Source of the DNA: Stylophora pistillata
Lineage: Eukaryota
Direction: 5' to 3'
Assembly: GCF_002571385.2 (NCBI RefSeq)
Contig: NW_019218147.1
Coordinates: 3,494 to 67,493 of the forward strand
DNA length: 64,000 nucleotides
Below are positions 61,490 to 64,000 of the stretch, in pieces. Each line of letters begins with the position of its first letter. Within the stretch, counting starts at the first letter, position 1. Under the pieces are notes generated by a model that ran no database searches, was not told the DNA's origin, and saw only the letters and a program-made list of their open reading frames with translations. Both the position numbers and the translations under genes were made by a program.

Positions 61490-62579
61490 TTTGTTCTAGG
61501 GTTGGTAGAGAAGCAGTTGAGGAGTTTCTTAAGTCCTTAACGGTAATTTCCACTAAAAATGAAACAAATGCAAGGATTTATTGAAGAATATGACTGTGAT
61601 AGTAGAAAGGCGACGGCAGTGAAGTATTGGAAGCCACAAGACGATATCATCTTGCTCCCTGATGAAAGTAATATTAGGAACCAGTACACAGCGAAAGGCA
61701 GCCAGCATACCCCAAATGTCAACACGATGGCAATGGACATTTTGAGAACATTTCGCTCCATTCTTATTCGTTGTTCACCTGCGTTGAGCGATTGCCGCCT
61801 ACCTAGAAATTTCTGGGACTTGAGTTTTAGAAGAATGCCGGGAAAAATAAAGTGTGATAATCAAAACTAAAGAAACATAAAAAAAAAAGCGCTTATAATT
61901 GCCAGAGTGTAGTATTTCAAGGATGAGGGCACTCCAGAGGCGTCTTTCCACTGCCGCACACGCATTAACCTCCCTGAAGTCTGGCCAAGTTTGTAGATGA
62001 ACAGCTCCGGGCAACGCACGGTCATAGCGATGACCCAGTGGTGAAAATGACGTACGGGCATAGCTTTGGACTGATTAGTGGGGAGCGGAGAGGAAATACC
62101 ACAGCTCCAAAACGATCCACTGCTATCAGAGCAAGGCTTTGAACAGATACAGTCTCGGAAACCTGAGCAAAATAGAGAGGCGTCTTGCACAAGGCCTGAC
62201 CAAGACGGCCACTGATTGGCCTGGAGTCGCCACCAAACAAAGTTATTACAATAAAATAGAGAGGCGTATTGCACAAGGCCTGACCAAGACGGCCACTGAT
62301 TGGCCAGGAGTCGCCACCAAACAAAGTTATTACAATAAACGGTACCAGGAAAAGTTGAAGCAGTAGATCAGACATCGCCATGTTTACGACGAACAAGTTG
62401 ACGGGTCGTCTCGTGTTTCTCGTCTTGTAGACAACTATTCCGATGAAAACATTTCCGGCAATGGAAAGTAGAAATGTTAGGCTGTATAAGCAAGGATAAA
62501 ATATTTTTCTGGAAGTTGGCTTAAGATCAAAGCAGCTCGATGCCTTCGTGAAATTCAGCAATGCGATGAAGTTTTCCAT
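61490..62579 (-). pseudogene. Decayed GPCR pseudogene with internal 84-bp tandem duplication
   Basis: TM1-3 in ORF 62022..62579, with FIVITLFGGDS(W/R)PISGRLGQALC(N/K)TPLY twice. Frameshifts near 62040 and 61880, and a premature stop at 61537. Confidence 0.9.
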
Positions 62580-64000
62580 AGTTGCTTAACAGTGTAAGAT
62601 CTGTTTCACGGTATTCATTCTATTCTATTTTTCACGTTTAATGAAAATATTAGAAAATCACCTTATATATTTGGTGATGGAAATTACACAGGAAAATTTA
62701 TTTTTGTCCATTATCTCTCCCTACGAAATGAATTATTGTTCTTGGCAAGCGCTCATACTTTCTTCAAACGACCACCTCAAAGCTTTACAGTTTGAAAATT
62801 AAATTTTGGTTTGACCAATGCTACTGTAAAAAGTGAAGTTTTAATTAGATGTTCTCCAAAAGTAGGCCAGCAGATTAGAATGCTGTGCAAACAGCTTGCT
62901 GACCAAAACCTTTTAAGGCGATGTAAGTTTTCTTATTTATTGCTGACTGAATCTCGTTGTTCAGTAAAAATCTGTTGGAAGATAATTACGTAACTGATGG
63001 GATTTCCTGAGATAGAATCTTCGGATGACAATACGCACTCATTGCTTTACAAAAGCTACATTTTGGATAATGAAATAAATCTTATAGCCAAATTGAAAAT
63101 TGAAAGATTAGCACAAGTTTGAAATTGAACTTGTACTTTGGAAAGTGAGGTTTGTTCAATGTACTTTTTCAGTTTTGGTTGTAGAATTAAAAGGTGGTTG
63201 TCTTCTGCCAGCTACAAGTAGTATTATATCTGTTTAGTTTTAATAGAAATGTAAAATCTCCTATGTCCAGTGAACAAATCCTGGTACGTTCTGCGTGAGC
63301 TTGAGTTCAGCGTGATTTTTCCTCGCTGGGTAGATTTCATTCTAATACTTTTGTTAGGAAAATGTTTTTTACTAAAAGTAGATTGATTAACCAGTTTCCA
63401 GAGAATGAGTTAAGGGGAAAAAAACATCGAAAAATTCTGTATTTGAACAATAATTTGTATAAGGAGTGGTGAATTTCAAAAGCAAACATAATAAGTTCAA
63501 ATCAGTTTCTTTCTTCTAAACGAGTCCATGCTCTTGTTAGCATTCCGTATCCAGACCGACAGATGAAATTTGTTGAATGAAGAAGCACACAGTTATTTGC
63601 AAACAACCCTCTATTGGTGTGTGACTTGAACGTCCACTTCCTAAGCAGAGATCGTGAAGAGCTTGGCGATATTTCATCATCGCCGTGAATATAACATTGA
63701 AAGTTTAGAAGCCTTCTATGAGCGGGACACGAGATAGCTAAATGAATCAAGACAAAGGATGCCACGAGACGGTAAAGTGCTGTCCGAGGAGGCTTGGAAA
63801 GAAACTAGTGGGTGTCAAAGGTTGGCCAGCGTATTTAGAATTTCTGTACAATAACAGGGGACAAATTCAGTACGTTTCGCTTCCTTTTCGCACATTACTC
63901 ACATAAGTTGACCTGTTACTCGTTTGGAATCCTCGGGGACGTGAGTTTTGATGGAGTTGTTGGTCGCTCGGATTTGTACAGAGCGATTTCTGCACGCAAG

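Noticed and set aside
63865-64000. Possible C-terminal tail of another minus-strand gene at the window edge
   Set aside because: Short open frames with no recognisable motif; cannot be supported from this window.

Overview
AT-rich, intron-containing animal genomic DNA with four N gaps. The gene content and repeat families suggest a cnidarian, probably a stony coral (inference). Four multi-exon genes can be assembled by eye: an STK11IP-like gene (- strand, 41260 to 21740) with an unexpected in-frame DEP domain, RSU1 (+, head-to-head with it), a classical aquaporin (-), and the 5' part of a myosin-ID-like gene (+). Seven single-exon rhodopsin-class GPCR copies of one family form two clusters (1-21 kb and 58-63 kb). 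Only one is intact, three carry a single lesion, and three are decayed. The left cluster is a shuffled local segmental duplication, so paralogous empty sites date several insertions. The most striking non-coding signal is a set of minimal type-I hammerhead-ribozyme motifs in three distinct short Penelope-like repeat families, several with clean target-site duplications. Also present are a THAP-bearing fold-back element, a solo LTR, MITEs, tRNA-derived SINEs and tandem repeats.
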